Below are positions 16,392 through 25,412 of a stretch of 64,000 bases of DNA, in pieces. The first letter of the stretch is position 1; every line of letters begins with the position of its first letter. Both the position numbers and the translations under genes were made by a program. The notes beneath the pieces are model-generated. The model saw only the letters and a program-made list of their open reading frames with translations. It was not told the origin of the DNA and searched no databases. The stretch is from Myxococcales bacterium (lineage in GTDB: Bacteria > Myxococcota_A > UBA9160 > UBA4427), in contig JAAZXM010000009.1 of the NCBI GenBank assembly GCA_014240165.1, forward strand, positions 18,624-82,623, written 5' to 3'.

Positions 16392-17897
16392 ATGCGCAGG
16401 TGGTTGTGGGGGGGAGCGGTCGCGGGGCTGCTTCTGGTCTTCGGCGCGTTGCCGATTGGGGTGGGTTTTTCGCTGGAGCAAGGCTTTCCCAGCCTGCTCG
16501 ACAGGGTGCGCGATCAGCTTGGGCCCGGCTATGTCGTCCGGGGTCAACTCGACCGCGGCCTCTTGAGTTCGATTTCCGAGACCGTGTTGGAGCCCGTGGG
16601 CGACGGAGCCGGCGAGGGACCGATTGTCCTGCAACACCAATGGGCGCACGGTCCCTTTCCCCTATCGGAATTGCTCGCGGGTCGAATGCCCATTCCCCCG
16701 GTTCTCGTGCTGATTCGAAACGCCCCATCCATGGCCGGGCTCGCCGGGACGGATCTTTGGGGGCTGGACACAGAACTGCGCCTGAATTTCGATGGATCGT
16801 TGGCGATCGAGTTGGCAGCGCCGGCCTTCGAGTCCGACGCGCTTGGTTTCGCGAGCGAGGGTTGGCTGGCGGACGTGTTGGTTCAAGGGGGCGTTCGAGG
16901 CGCACGGGGAAGTGCGGATCTGGGTCCCATGCGGATGCAGGGGGCGAGGGGGCGCGTGGAGATCGAGGCGAGCACGCTTCGTTTTCACGCTATCCACAGC
17001 CCGGCCGGAAGCCAGATCGACGGAACCTTCGACCTCGGAGGTGGCCAAGGCGAATGGAGTGCGGGAGGCGATTATCGCTTCGACCCGAGCACGGGCACCT
17101 TTCGCGCTCGCCGCGCTCCCAATGAACTCGACGCTTCTTTCCTGGATCTGGCCCTGGCGCAGGCCGAGATTGCGGTCCCCGGCTCGTCGGTTCCGGGGAT
17201 CATCCGCGGCGCGCATATGCGGCTGGATGTGAAGAGTGAACCCGGGATGCTCGTTCGCGCGGATGCGGTGATCAGCCTGGATGCCCTGGAGTGGGAGCGC
17301 GGCCAGTTGGGTGCGGTCTTGGCCCGAATCACGCTGAGCGGAGTCGATTTTTCGGCCGCCGCCGATTTCAGGCGGGCGCTGGCGGAACTCGAGGCGGCGG
17401 CAGAGAGCGAAGCAATCGCAGCCGAGGCACAGGCCGACCTGATCGTAGAGTGGCTACCCGCGCTGGCCAGCGCGTCCCCGGAGTTCAGGCTGGATCGACT
17501 CGAGTGGGAGTGGGCCGGGGGCAAGGGCGAGGCGGCGGGCTGGATCCGGATCGATGGCAGCAATCCCGCTGCCTTCGCCCAGGAAACCACCGCCATGGAG
17601 GCCCTCGAGGCCCGGGGCTCGTTGACGCTGCCCGTCAGCCTGGTCCACCAGGGGCTGGACGCCTTTCTGGCGGGTACGGTGGAAGCGCAAGCGGGGCCGC
17701 TGCCCAGTGACGAAATCGCGGCCATGACCGAGTTCCTGCGCGAAATGGCGGTGATGCGATTGCTCGAAACCGGCGTCCTCCTCGCGGAGGGTGATCATTA
17801 CATCGTCGAATTTCGTTTCGAGCAGGGTGTCACCATCGTCAACGGCAAGTTGATCGGGCCGGGCGGGTTGATGGCGTTGCTCACCGGCGCTGGATGA
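16392..17897 (+). CDS. YdgA/DUF945-like envelope protein
   Basis: ATG 16392. The N-terminal TM MRRWLWGGAVAGLLLVFGAL followed by ..GLLSSxxxxxLEP.. resembles the E. coli YdgA layout. About 500 aa. Confidence 0.45.
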   Translation: MRRWLWGGAVAGLLLVFGALPIGVGFSLEQGFPSLLDRVRDQLGPGYVVRGQLDRGLLSSISETVLEPVGDGAGEGPIVLQHQWAHGPFPLSELLAGRMPIPPVLVLIRNAPSMAGLAGTDLWGLDTELRLNFDGSLAIELAAPAFESDALGFASEGWLADVLVQGGVRGARGSADLGPMRMQGARGRVEIEASTLRFHAIHSPAGSQIDGTFDLGGGQGEWSAGGDYRFDPSTGTFRARRAPNELDASFLDLALAQAEIAVPGSSVPGIIRGAHMRLDVKSEPGMLVRADAVISLDALEWERGQLGAVLARITLSGVDFSAAADFRRALAELEAAAESEAIAAEAQADLIVEWLPALASASPEFRLDRLEWEWAGGKGEAAGWIRIDGSNPAAFAQETTAMEALEARGSLTLPVSLVHQGLDAFLAGTVEAQAGPLPSDEIAAMTEFLREMAVMRLLETGVLLAEGDHYIVEFRFEQGVTIVNGKLIGPGGLMALLTGAG

Positions 17898-17942
17898 AGC
17901 GAACCGGCTGGGCGCCTCGGCGCCGTTGCCCGGGTCGGACGA

Positions 17943-18419
17943 TCAGGCGGGGGACCGCTCTTTTTCTCGTTCGGCGGCCCGGGCGAAGAGTTCTTCGCTT
18001 CCCGAGCGCCAGCTGACATTGAGGGCGCTCCGGGCAATGCGCCACTGGCCCTCCTGGCGCAGCAGGTGCGTATCGTACCAACCCCCCAAAACGACGCGCT
18101 CGTCGCCGAGTCTGTGGCTGGCCTGGACGTTGGATGTGGCATGGGCCCGGTCCCCGTCCACTTCCACCAGGTGATTTCCGCTCAGGTGTTGAGTGGCGTC
18201 GAAGCCGGAGAGCCCGGCACGGACGCCCGCCACCCAGGTATCCAGGGGTAAGACGGCGGGCGGGTTGCCGTTCCAACTGGAGAGGTCGATTTCGACTTCT
18301 TCGCAAAAGCAAGCGCGGAAGAGATCCCAATCCCGTCGGTCGCATCCCGCCGCGTAGCGGTAAAGGACCTCGCTGATGGCCTGTTTGTCGATCAGGATCT
18401 GAACGGGCTCCGAACTCAT
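17943..18419 (-). CDS. NTF2-like / SnoaL-like domain protein
   Basis: MSSEPVQILIDKQAISEVLYRYAAGCDRRDWDLFRACF... is the typical SnoaL_4 N-terminus. ATG 18419. The upstream ORF extension is rejected. Confidence 0.7.
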   Translation of the reverse strand: MSSEPVQILIDKQAISEVLYRYAAGCDRRDWDLFRACFCEEVEIDLSSWNGNPPAVLPLDTWVAGVRAGLSGFDATQHLSGNHLVEVDGDRAHATSNVQASHRLGDERVVLGGWYDTHLLRQEGQWRIARSALNVSWRSGSEELFARAAEREKERSPA

Positions 18420-18691
18420 TGAAGATCTCCCCTCTCCTTGTGCGCGTTGCCGAATATCCGAACCCGGGCTTCCCAGGTGCGTTGCACCTTGCGAGCGACC
18501 CGAAGAGGGCGCTGGCGCAGGGGAAACAGTAACGGTTTGCAGGCGCTTTTCCCCCGATGTTCGGCGTGCTCGATCTGCATTGAGTCGTCCGCCGCACCCG
18601 GACGAGTCGTTCTTGAACTGCTCGCGGGGACCGGGGGGGGCCGCTATTTTCATGTTTTCCGGGTTCTGCTCGCCGAGAGATTGTTTTCAGA

Positions 18692-19558
18692 ATGACGCCT
18701 CCTTTCAAAAACAGGCCCATTGCGGGCGCGGGTCTCGGCCTGCGCAGCCCCCACTATGGGGACCTGATGGCTGGCGCCGCTGACGTCCCCTGGCTCGAGG
18801 TGCTGGCGGACAACTACGCCCACGGCGATGGTCTCCCGCTCTGGCATCTCGAAGGGATTCGCGAGCGATACCCCGTGGTCTTTCACGGAGTGGGACTGTC
18901 GCTCGGATCTGCGGACCCACTGGACTCGGCCTATCTCGATACGATCCTCGACCTCGCCCGCCGCTTCGAACCCGCCTGGTATTCCGAGCACCTGGCCTGG
19001 ACTGCTTCCGGGGGGCGTCATCACCACGAGCTGCTTCCGCTTCCCTTCATGGAGGAGACGGTGCAGACCCTGGTCGACCGGGTGGGGCAGGTTCAGGATC
19101 GTCTTGGCGAGCGCATGCTGGTGGAGAACTCGGCCGCTTATACGGCTTTCGATGCCTCGCATATGACCGAAGCGGAATTCGTCGGACGTGTTCTCGAAGA
19201 AGCGGACTGCTTCTTGCTTCTCGACGTCAACAATCTCTACGTCAACGCGCGCAATCATGCTTTCGACCCATTGGATTACCTGCGCGGCCTGCCGCCGCAT
19301 CGGGTCGCCCAGATGCATCTCGCCGGGCACGACGATCACGGCCATTACCTGGTGGACGCCCACGGAAGCGCGGTGGCCGAGCCGGTATGGGAACTTTACG
19401 CCGAGGCCGCGAGGCTCTTTCCCGGTGTGCCCGTTTGCGTCGAATGGGATCGGGAGGTCCCCGGCTTCGAAGTGCTGGTGGCTGAAATGCGTCGCGCGGG
19501 GCAGGCCATGAGGTTCGAGGAGCCGGACTCTGGGAAGGTCACCCCGCATGCTCCGTGA
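18692..19558 (+). CDS. DUF692-family multinuclear non-heme iron oxidative enzyme (MNIO; MbnB/BufB-like)
   Basis: 288 aa with DUF692 hallmarks GLGLRSPHY, HGVGLSLGS, WYSEHLAW, LVENSAAY, LLLDVNNLYVNARNH, MHLAGH and VEWD. Confidence 0.85.
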   Translation: MTPPFKNRPIAGAGLGLRSPHYGDLMAGAADVPWLEVLADNYAHGDGLPLWHLEGIRERYPVVFHGVGLSLGSADPLDSAYLDTILDLARRFEPAWYSEHLAWTASGGRHHHELLPLPFMEETVQTLVDRVGQVQDRLGERMLVENSAAYTAFDASHMTEAEFVGRVLEEADCFLLLDVNNLYVNARNHAFDPLDYLRGLPPHRVAQMHLAGHDDHGHYLVDAHGSAVAEPVWELYAEAARLFPGVPVCVEWDREVPGFEVLVAEMRRAGQAMRFEEPDSGKVTPHAP

Positions 19559-20390
19559 ACTCCAGGAAAAATTTTCTCGCGCGCTCTACGAAGAGGAATC
19601 GGCTGGCCCTCAGGCCCGCTCACTTCAAACTGAACTCTGCCCGCTGCCGAAGCTGTCGCCCGGGGAGAGCATTGATGTCTATCGAAGTTCCGTATCGAGC
19701 GTGTTCGAGGAAGCCCTCGCCGAGATTTTTCCCGTATGTCTCGAATTGGTCGGCGAGCCCTGTTTTTCCAGCGTTGCGCGTCTCTATCTCAGGGCGCGTC
19801 CCTCTCGGCACGCCGACCTGGCCCGGGTGGGGGACGAATGGCCGGATTTCGTGGAGACCCTGGCCTTCTTATCCGACGTGGCCTACCTGGCCGATGTCGG
19901 TCGCCTCGAATTGGGTCTGCACCATGCCCATGCTGCGCCGTGGCCGCCCCCCTTGAAGGATCCCCAGGCGCTGGGCGAAGCCATCGCCGGAGAGCCCGAA
20001 GCCTGGCGATTGCTTCTCTCGCCCTCCGCCACGCTCCTGGCATCGCCTTTCCCTGTCCTGACGCTCTGGGAAGCCCACCAGGATCGCCGAGTGGACCGCG
20101 GCTGGAAACTCGATCCGGCTGCGCCCGGGGAACAACTCGTCGTCTGTCGGCAAGGCGGCGATATCTACGCCGATCTCGTCGAGCCGAGCCTGTGGCCAAT
20201 CCTGCTCTCCATCGCGGCTGGGGAAAACGTGGCGCGGCAACTGGAACTGGCCGAGGGGCTACGGGCGTCTTCTCGAGATCAAGGCGATCTCAATTCTGAG
20301 AACTCGATGCCGATATTGACTACCATCCAGGCGCTCTTCGAAAGGGGCTGGGTGGTGGGTGGCGTGTCCGCGGCATCGCTCGAAGGATAG
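19548..20390 (+). CDS. DUF2063-family partner protein (BufC/MbnC-analogous RiPP recognition partner)
   Basis: 280 aa. Overlaps the MNIO gene by 11 nt. The N-terminal LQEKFSRALYEE...IDVYRSSVSSVFEEALAEIFP pattern is typical of DUF2063. Confidence 0.75.
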   Translation: MLRELQEKFSRALYEEESAGPQARSLQTELCPLPKLSPGESIDVYRSSVSSVFEEALAEIFPVCLELVGEPCFSSVARLYLRARPSRHADLARVGDEWPDFVETLAFLSDVAYLADVGRLELGLHHAHAAPWPPPLKDPQALGEAIAGEPEAWRLLLSPSATLLASPFPVLTLWEAHQDRRVDRGWKLDPAAPGEQLVVCRQGGDIYADLVEPSLWPILLSIAAGENVARQLELAEGLRASSRDQGDLNSENSMPILTTIQALFERGWVVGGVSAASLEG

Positions 20391-20441
20391 TGCGCTGCAG
20401 ATCGCGCGAATTTACGAAAACTGATCAAGGGAGAACCAAGC

Positions 20442-20732
20442 ATGAAGCGAACGGCGAATCGCACGGCATTTCAACTGGCCCTGGGTGGTGCTTTGACCCT
20501 GGGTCTTGCGAGCGCGGCTACCCAGGCGGAGGCCAAACCCACCTGGGAAGGGCATGAGAAGTGCTTCGGGGTTGCGAAGAAGGGCATGAACGATTGCCAT
20601 AATGCGGACCATCGCTGCGGCGGTCGGTCGAAGGAAAGCGGCGCCTCGAACGAGTGGGTCTACCTGCCCGAGGGCACCTGCGAAAAGATCGTCGGCGGTA
20701 GCCTTCAGCCCAAGAAGGCCTCGGCGGAATAA
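20442..20732 (+). CDS. DUF2282-family Sec-exported 4-cysteine peptide (bufferin-1-type RiPP precursor)
   Basis: 96 aa. Signal peptide ending AQAEA, core EKCFGVAKKGMNDCHNADHRCGG...WVYLPEGTCEKIVGG with Cys41/52/59/80. AAGGGAGA RBS. Confidence 0.8.
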   Translation: MKRTANRTAFQLALGGALTLGLASAATQAEAKPTWEGHEKCFGVAKKGMNDCHNADHRCGGRSKESGASNEWVYLPEGTCEKIVGGSLQPKKASAE

Positions 20733-20993
20733 CCGTCTCTGGATCCCGAGCCCCCGGGCTTTTCAGCCCAGGGGCTTCGGGCGTTCGGCTGGCTGAGCCC
20801 GGGGTCATGGGGATGGCCGAGTTCCACGGCGACGTCAGCCCGCATGGGCCCGCCCGTGGCGGATTGGGCAGTCGGGCAGAGACGGCGGCGCCCCGAGTTC
20901 GCTCTCGGGCGCTCCCAGGGCAGTTCCTAGCGGCTATCCTCGTCGCCGCTCCGTTTCTCTCGCCCCGGTTCCCGTTCTCCTGGAGGTCCTTCA

Positions 20994-23078
20994 TTGTCTG
21001 CGCTTTTTTCCGTTGTCGGGACGCGTTCCCTCGGCGGATCGATCTCTGCTTGGGCTCTCACGCTTCTGCTGAGCCTCGTGGCAGGAAACTCCGCTGCGCA
21101 TGCTTCCCCGGACGAGGCGGCGGATGACCCGGTTCGCGAAGAAATCATCGTGCAGGCGGGCCGAATCTCGACGCCGTTATTGGAGACTGCAGCCGCCATT
21201 GGTGTAGTGGGTCAGGAGGAGATCCAACTCGCGAGGCCCCAGCTGACCTTGGGCGAATCCCTTGCGCGGATTCCCGGCGTGTTCACCCAGGATCGGGAGA
21301 ATTTTGCCCAGGACCTTCGGGTCTCGATTCGCGGCTTTGGTTCCCGCGCCCGCTTTGGGCTGCGCGGTATCAAGCTCATCGTCGACGGGATTCCCGCCAC
21401 GCTTCCCGACGGTCAGGGCCAACTCGATACCCTGCAGTTGTCCACGGCGGGGAGGATCGAAGTTCTGCGCGGCCCTTCGGCATCGCTCTACGGAAGCGCT
21501 GCGGGCGGCGTCATCCGCGTGGAAAGCGAAGCCATAGGCGAAGGGACTTCGGCTGCGGGAAGAGCGGGGTTTGGGAGCAACGGCTACCGGAGTTACGACG
21601 CCAAGGCCACGGGCCGTGAGGGCTCGGTCGGGATTCTTCTGGGGCTCTCCCACCAGGAATTGGCGGGCTACCGCGACCACAGCCGGATGGAGAGCACGAT
21701 TCTCAACAGCCGGGCAGAGTGGCAAATCGATGAGGCCTCGGAACTCACGGCCCTTCTGAGTTTTGTTCACGCGCCGATTGCGGATGATCCGGGCGGGTTG
21801 AGAGCCTCTGAGGTGGCAGCGGATCGCCGTCAAGCCGCTCCGAATAACCTGCTCTTTGATGCGGGGGAGAGCCTTGACCAGGTCACAGCCGGTCTCCGCT
21901 ATACGCGCCGGAGTGGCGACAATCATGAGACCACGGGTGCGGCCTGGTATGGCTGGCGCGATTTCGCCAATCGCTTGCCCTTCGGAGATGTCAACGGGTC
22001 GCTCGATCGCAACTTTGCCGGGGCAAGCTTGCAGCATGAGTACACGGATGAATTGTTGGGCATGCCCAACTCGCTGCTCGTGGGTTTCGATGTCGAAGCC
22101 CAGCGGGACGACCGTATTCGCCGCGTAGGCGCCAACCCCACCCTGGACCAGGCCGAAGACGTGACCAGCCTGCGGGTCTTCATTCGCGATGAAGTGCAAC
22201 TGCCCCGTGATTTCGCCCTGGCTTTCTCATTGGGCTTCGACAACCTGCGCTACCGGGTGGACGATCATCTCTCCGGGGGCAGCGCTTCGGGGTCGGCGGA
22301 TTTCAGCGAATGGAGTCCTGCCCTTTCCTTCCGCTGGAATCCGCGCCAGGCTCTGAATCCCTACCTGCGGCTATCGACTTCCTTCGAGCCTCCCACGACA
22401 GTGGAGTTTCGCAATCCCACGGGCGCGGGCGGCCTCAACCCGAATCTCGATGCCCAGCGCGCGATCAACTACGAAGCGGGGGTCAAGGGCCTTCTGCCCG
22501 GGCGCCTGCGCTACGACCTTGCCGTCTACCATATTCGCACCGAGGACGAACTGATCCCCTATGAGGACGCTCTGGGGGAGACCTACTATCGGAATGCGGG
22601 CCGGACCGAGCGCACCGGTTTCGAGGCGATGCTCATCGCCGAGATCTACGAGGGCCTCAAGTTCACCGCTTCCTACACGTTCTCCAAGGCGCGTTTTACC
22701 GACTATGTGCTGGGGAGCGGGGAAAATCTCGTGGGCAAAAAGGTGCCGGGTATTCCCGAGAACACCTTTTACGCCGAACTCCTCTACCTGCATCCCACGG
22801 GCTTCTTTGCCGCCGTCGAGGGCCGAGCCGTGGGTGAGTTCTATGCCGATGATGCGAATGCCGTTCGTACCGAGGCCTACGGGGTGCTCGATTTTCGCAT
22901 GGGTTGGAAGGGTGATTGGGGTCGCTGGCGGCTGACCCCTTATCTCGCGGTGAGCAACCTGACGGATACGCTCTACAACGACAACGTGCGCCTGAATGCG
23001 GGCTTTGGTCGCTACTACGAACCAGCGGCGGGCGTGCAGGTTCAGGGTGGCCTGGGCCTTGCCTATCGCTTCGACTGA
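20994..23078 (+). CDS. TonB-dependent outer-membrane receptor
   Basis: 694 aa. Signal peptide, plug domain (RIPGVFTQDR..SIRGFGSR..GIKLIVDGIP..VLRGPSASLYG) and a barrel ending ..GLAYRF. TTG start with GGAGG RBS. Confidence 0.9.
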   Translation: MSALFSVVGTRSLGGSISAWALTLLLSLVAGNSAAHASPDEAADDPVREEIIVQAGRISTPLLETAAAIGVVGQEEIQLARPQLTLGESLARIPGVFTQDRENFAQDLRVSIRGFGSRARFGLRGIKLIVDGIPATLPDGQGQLDTLQLSTAGRIEVLRGPSASLYGSAAGGVIRVESEAIGEGTSAAGRAGFGSNGYRSYDAKATGREGSVGILLGLSHQELAGYRDHSRMESTILNSRAEWQIDEASELTALLSFVHAPIADDPGGLRASEVAADRRQAAPNNLLFDAGESLDQVTAGLRYTRRSGDNHETTGAAWYGWRDFANRLPFGDVNGSLDRNFAGASLQHEYTDELLGMPNSLLVGFDVEAQRDDRIRRVGANPTLDQAEDVTSLRVFIRDEVQLPRDFALAFSLGFDNLRYRVDDHLSGGSASGSADFSEWSPALSFRWNPRQALNPYLRLSTSFEPPTTVEFRNPTGAGGLNPNLDAQRAINYEAGVKGLLPGRLRYDLAVYHIRTEDELIPYEDALGETYYRNAGRTERTGFEAMLIAEIYEGLKFTASYTFSKARFTDYVLGSGENLVGKKVPGIPENTFYAELLYLHPTGFFAAVEGRAVGEFYADDANAVRTEAYGVLDFRMGWKGDWGRWRLTPYLAVSNLTDTLYNDNVRLNAGFGRYYEPAAGVQVQGGLGLAYRFD

Positions 23079-23506
23079 GGCGCTGGGGAAGGGGCGTCGC
23101 TCTGGCCCAGGAGTTCGGCCGCCCATGTCCCCACCTCGTCCCTGATTCTGCAAAACACGTCGAGAAGTTCCGCGCGATTCATCTCGGGGTAATCCGGATC
23201 CTCGAAGGCCCGGTGCAGGGTCCGCATGGCACCGGGGAATATCGGACAGGCCTCCTTCGCATCGTTGCAGACCGTGACCACCAGGTCGAAGTCCTGATCG
23301 GCATAAACGTCCACGTGATCCGAAGTCTGATCCCTGATATCGATGCCCCTCTCCGCCATGGCTTCGATGGCGAGCGGGTGAACGCCCTTGGGATCGGTGC
23401 CAGCGCTCCGCACTTCGAGCATGGGATGGCCCAGATGGCGAAGCCAGCCCTCGGCCATCTGGGACCGGGCGCGGTTGCCGGTGCAGATGACGAGAATCCG
23501 GTTCAG
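23063..23506 (-). CDS. arsC: LMW-PTP-family arsenate reductase (thioredoxin-coupled ArsC type), probable CTG start
   Basis: The ORF track starts at ATG 23458, but in-frame upstream codons encode LNRILVICTGNRARSQ, the CX5R P-loop. The downstream VTVCNDAKEACP Cys pair is present. No ATG/GTG/TTG is available upstream. Confidence 0.75.
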   Translation of the reverse strand: MNRILVICTGNRARSQMAEGWLRHLGHPMLEVRSAGTDPKGVHPLAIEAMAERGIDIRDQTSDHVDVYADQDFDLVVTVCNDAKEACPIFPGAMRTLHRAFEDPDYPEMNRAELLDVFCRIRDEVGTWAAELLGQSDAPSPAPQSKR

Positions 23507-23534
23507 TGGTCTTCCCTTTCGCTCCCCCAGCCCA

Positions 23535-25355
23535 TCAACCCTTTTCGATCCCTGCGAGGTCGCCTTTTGCGCGCCAATCCGCGAGCAGGCCGAAGAACTC
23601 CTGTGCGCCCCCGGCGTAGTTGCCTCCGAACCAGCCGGGCCCCTCTCCGGGTTTCCCCTCGTTGTTGTAATAGCCGGGCGTGCACTCGGTCTGAAAATCG
23701 GCCCTGGGATCAGCGCCCGCGGTGACGGTGCGCACCCAATCCGCCTCCGCCTGCTCGGAAGGGTCGAGGGTGGAGACGTCGCCCTTGATTCCCTGTTCGA
23801 TGATGTACGCGAGGTGTCGGCTCTGCTCGTTATAGAGTTCCATGAAATTGGGGGTCACCGCAGATTGCATGCCTCCCATGAAGAAACAGTTGGGGAAGCC
23901 CCTGCTCATCAGCCCCTGAAACGTGGAAACCCCGTCCGACCATTTTTCGGTCAGGCTCAACCCGCCCCGACCGGTGATCTCGCATGCGGCGCGCTGGGCA
24001 TAGTCGGTCCCGACCTCGAAGCCGGTGGCGAAGATCAGACAGTCCAACGGGTACTCCCGGCCCCCGGCCCATACCGAGTGCGGGGTGATTCGCTCCACGC
24101 CCTGGCCCTGGGTATCCACCAGGGTGACGTTGGGGCGGTTGAAGGTGGGCAGATAGTCGTCGTGGAAACAGGGGCGCTTGCAGAATTGCCGGTAATAGGG
24201 CTTCAAGGCTTCGGCGGTCTGCGGGTCTTCGACCGCGCCGGCGATGCGTGCCCGAATTGACTCCATCTTCTGAAAGTCCACGAGTTCGACATTGGCCGCG
24301 ATCTCTTCCGGGGAATTTCCCAGGCCCCCGCTCTCCTGGGCGAGTCCGGAGAGGTTGCGGATGATGTCGGTCCAGCCGTCGCTCACCAGATCTTCCGCCT
24401 GGAAGCCCCCCGAGACCAGGATGCTGAAATTCTCGATTCGCTCCTTTTGCCAACCGGGTGCGAGAGTAGAGGCCCATGCGGGATCCGTGGGCCGGTTCCC
24501 GCGAACGTCGATGGACGAAGGCGTGCGCTGGAAGACGTAGAGGTGCTCTGCGGATTTGCCCAGGTGGGGGATGCATTGCACCGCGGTGGCCCCGGTGCCG
24601 ATAATGCCGACGCGCTTGTCGCTGAGCCCGGAGAGCCCCCCGTTTGAGTCGCCTCCCGTGTAGGCGTAGTCCCAGCGACTGGTATGGAATGAGTGCCCCT
24701 CGAAACTCTCCACGCCCGGAATGCCGGGCAATTTGAGCCGGCTCAGGGGGCCGATCGCCATGCAGACGAAGCGCGCGCGAATGCGGTCGTTGCGCTGGGT
24801 GGAAAGGATCCAGCGCGCGCTCTCTTCATCCCATTGCATGGCGCTGACCCGGGTATGAAAACACGCGTCCCGGTAGAGATCATAGTGCCGGCCAATGGCC
24901 CGGCCGTGTTCCTGGATCTCCGCTCGATACGAGTATTTCTCTTTGGGGATATACCCGAGTTCCTCGAGCAGCGGGAGGTAGATATAGGATTCGATATCGC
25001 ATTGGGCCCCGGGATAGTGGTTCCAATACCAGGTCCCGCCGAAATCGCCCCCGGTTTCGATGATTCGGATGCGCTCGACACCCGCTTCACGCAGCCGCGC
25101 CGCGGCCAGGAGGCCACTGAACCCGCCTCCCACGATGGCGACCTCGACTTCGTCTTCCAGAGGGGCTCGCTGGAAACCCGGATCCGCCGACGGATCATCG
25201 AGGTAGCGCGCGAGTTCTCCGGAGGCCGTGCGATATTGGTCGTTGCCGTCATTTCGTGTGCGCTTGTCGCGCTCGCGTCGGTACTTCTCACGGAGGGCGT
25301 CGGGATCGAAATCCGGCGAGGGTTTCCGGGTGGTCGTGGCCGCTTCGCTGGTCAT
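23535..25355 (-). CDS. Baeyer-Villiger (type I flavin-containing) monooxygenase
   Basis: 606 aa. FAD motif VAIVGGGFSGL, GGTWYWNHYPGAQCD, BVMO fingerprint FEGHSFHTSRWD and a second Rossmann motif VGIIGTGATAVQ. Confidence 0.9.
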   Translation of the reverse strand: MTSEAATTTRKPSPDFDPDALREKYRRERDKRTRNDGNDQYRTASGELARYLDDPSADPGFQRAPLEDEVEVAIVGGGFSGLLAAARLREAGVERIRIIETGGDFGGTWYWNHYPGAQCDIESYIYLPLLEELGYIPKEKYSYRAEIQEHGRAIGRHYDLYRDACFHTRVSAMQWDEESARWILSTQRNDRIRARFVCMAIGPLSRLKLPGIPGVESFEGHSFHTSRWDYAYTGGDSNGGLSGLSDKRVGIIGTGATAVQCIPHLGKSAEHLYVFQRTPSSIDVRGNRPTDPAWASTLAPGWQKERIENFSILVSGGFQAEDLVSDGWTDIIRNLSGLAQESGGLGNSPEEIAANVELVDFQKMESIRARIAGAVEDPQTAEALKPYYRQFCKRPCFHDDYLPTFNRPNVTLVDTQGQGVERITPHSVWAGGREYPLDCLIFATGFEVGTDYAQRAACEITGRGGLSLTEKWSDGVSTFQGLMSRGFPNCFFMGGMQSAVTPNFMELYNEQSRHLAYIIEQGIKGDVSTLDPSEQAEADWVRTVTAGADPRADFQTECTPGYYNNEGKPGEGPGWFGGNYAGGAQEFFGLLADWRAKGDLAGIEKG

Positions 25356-25412
25356 GCTTCGCTTTCCTGGCAGTCAAAGGGGGCACCGAAGCCCAAGTGG
25401 TTTCGTTGGGGT

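Noticed and set aside
18420-18691. Metal-responsive operator or sigma-54/ECF promoter upstream of the MNIO gene
   Set aside because: Only a weak 7-bp hairpin (TCGTCCG..CGGACGA, about 18585-18607) and no convincing TGGCAC-N5-TTGC, GGAAC-N16-CGT or CueR/CsoR-like palindrome were found. This is left unannotated.
20733-20993. Cobalamin or other riboswitch upstream of the TonB-dependent receptor
   Set aside because: No B12 box (GCCACUG / AGYCMGG..CCKGCC) or other aptamer core that I know could be found by eye. Only a covariance-model scan could settle this.
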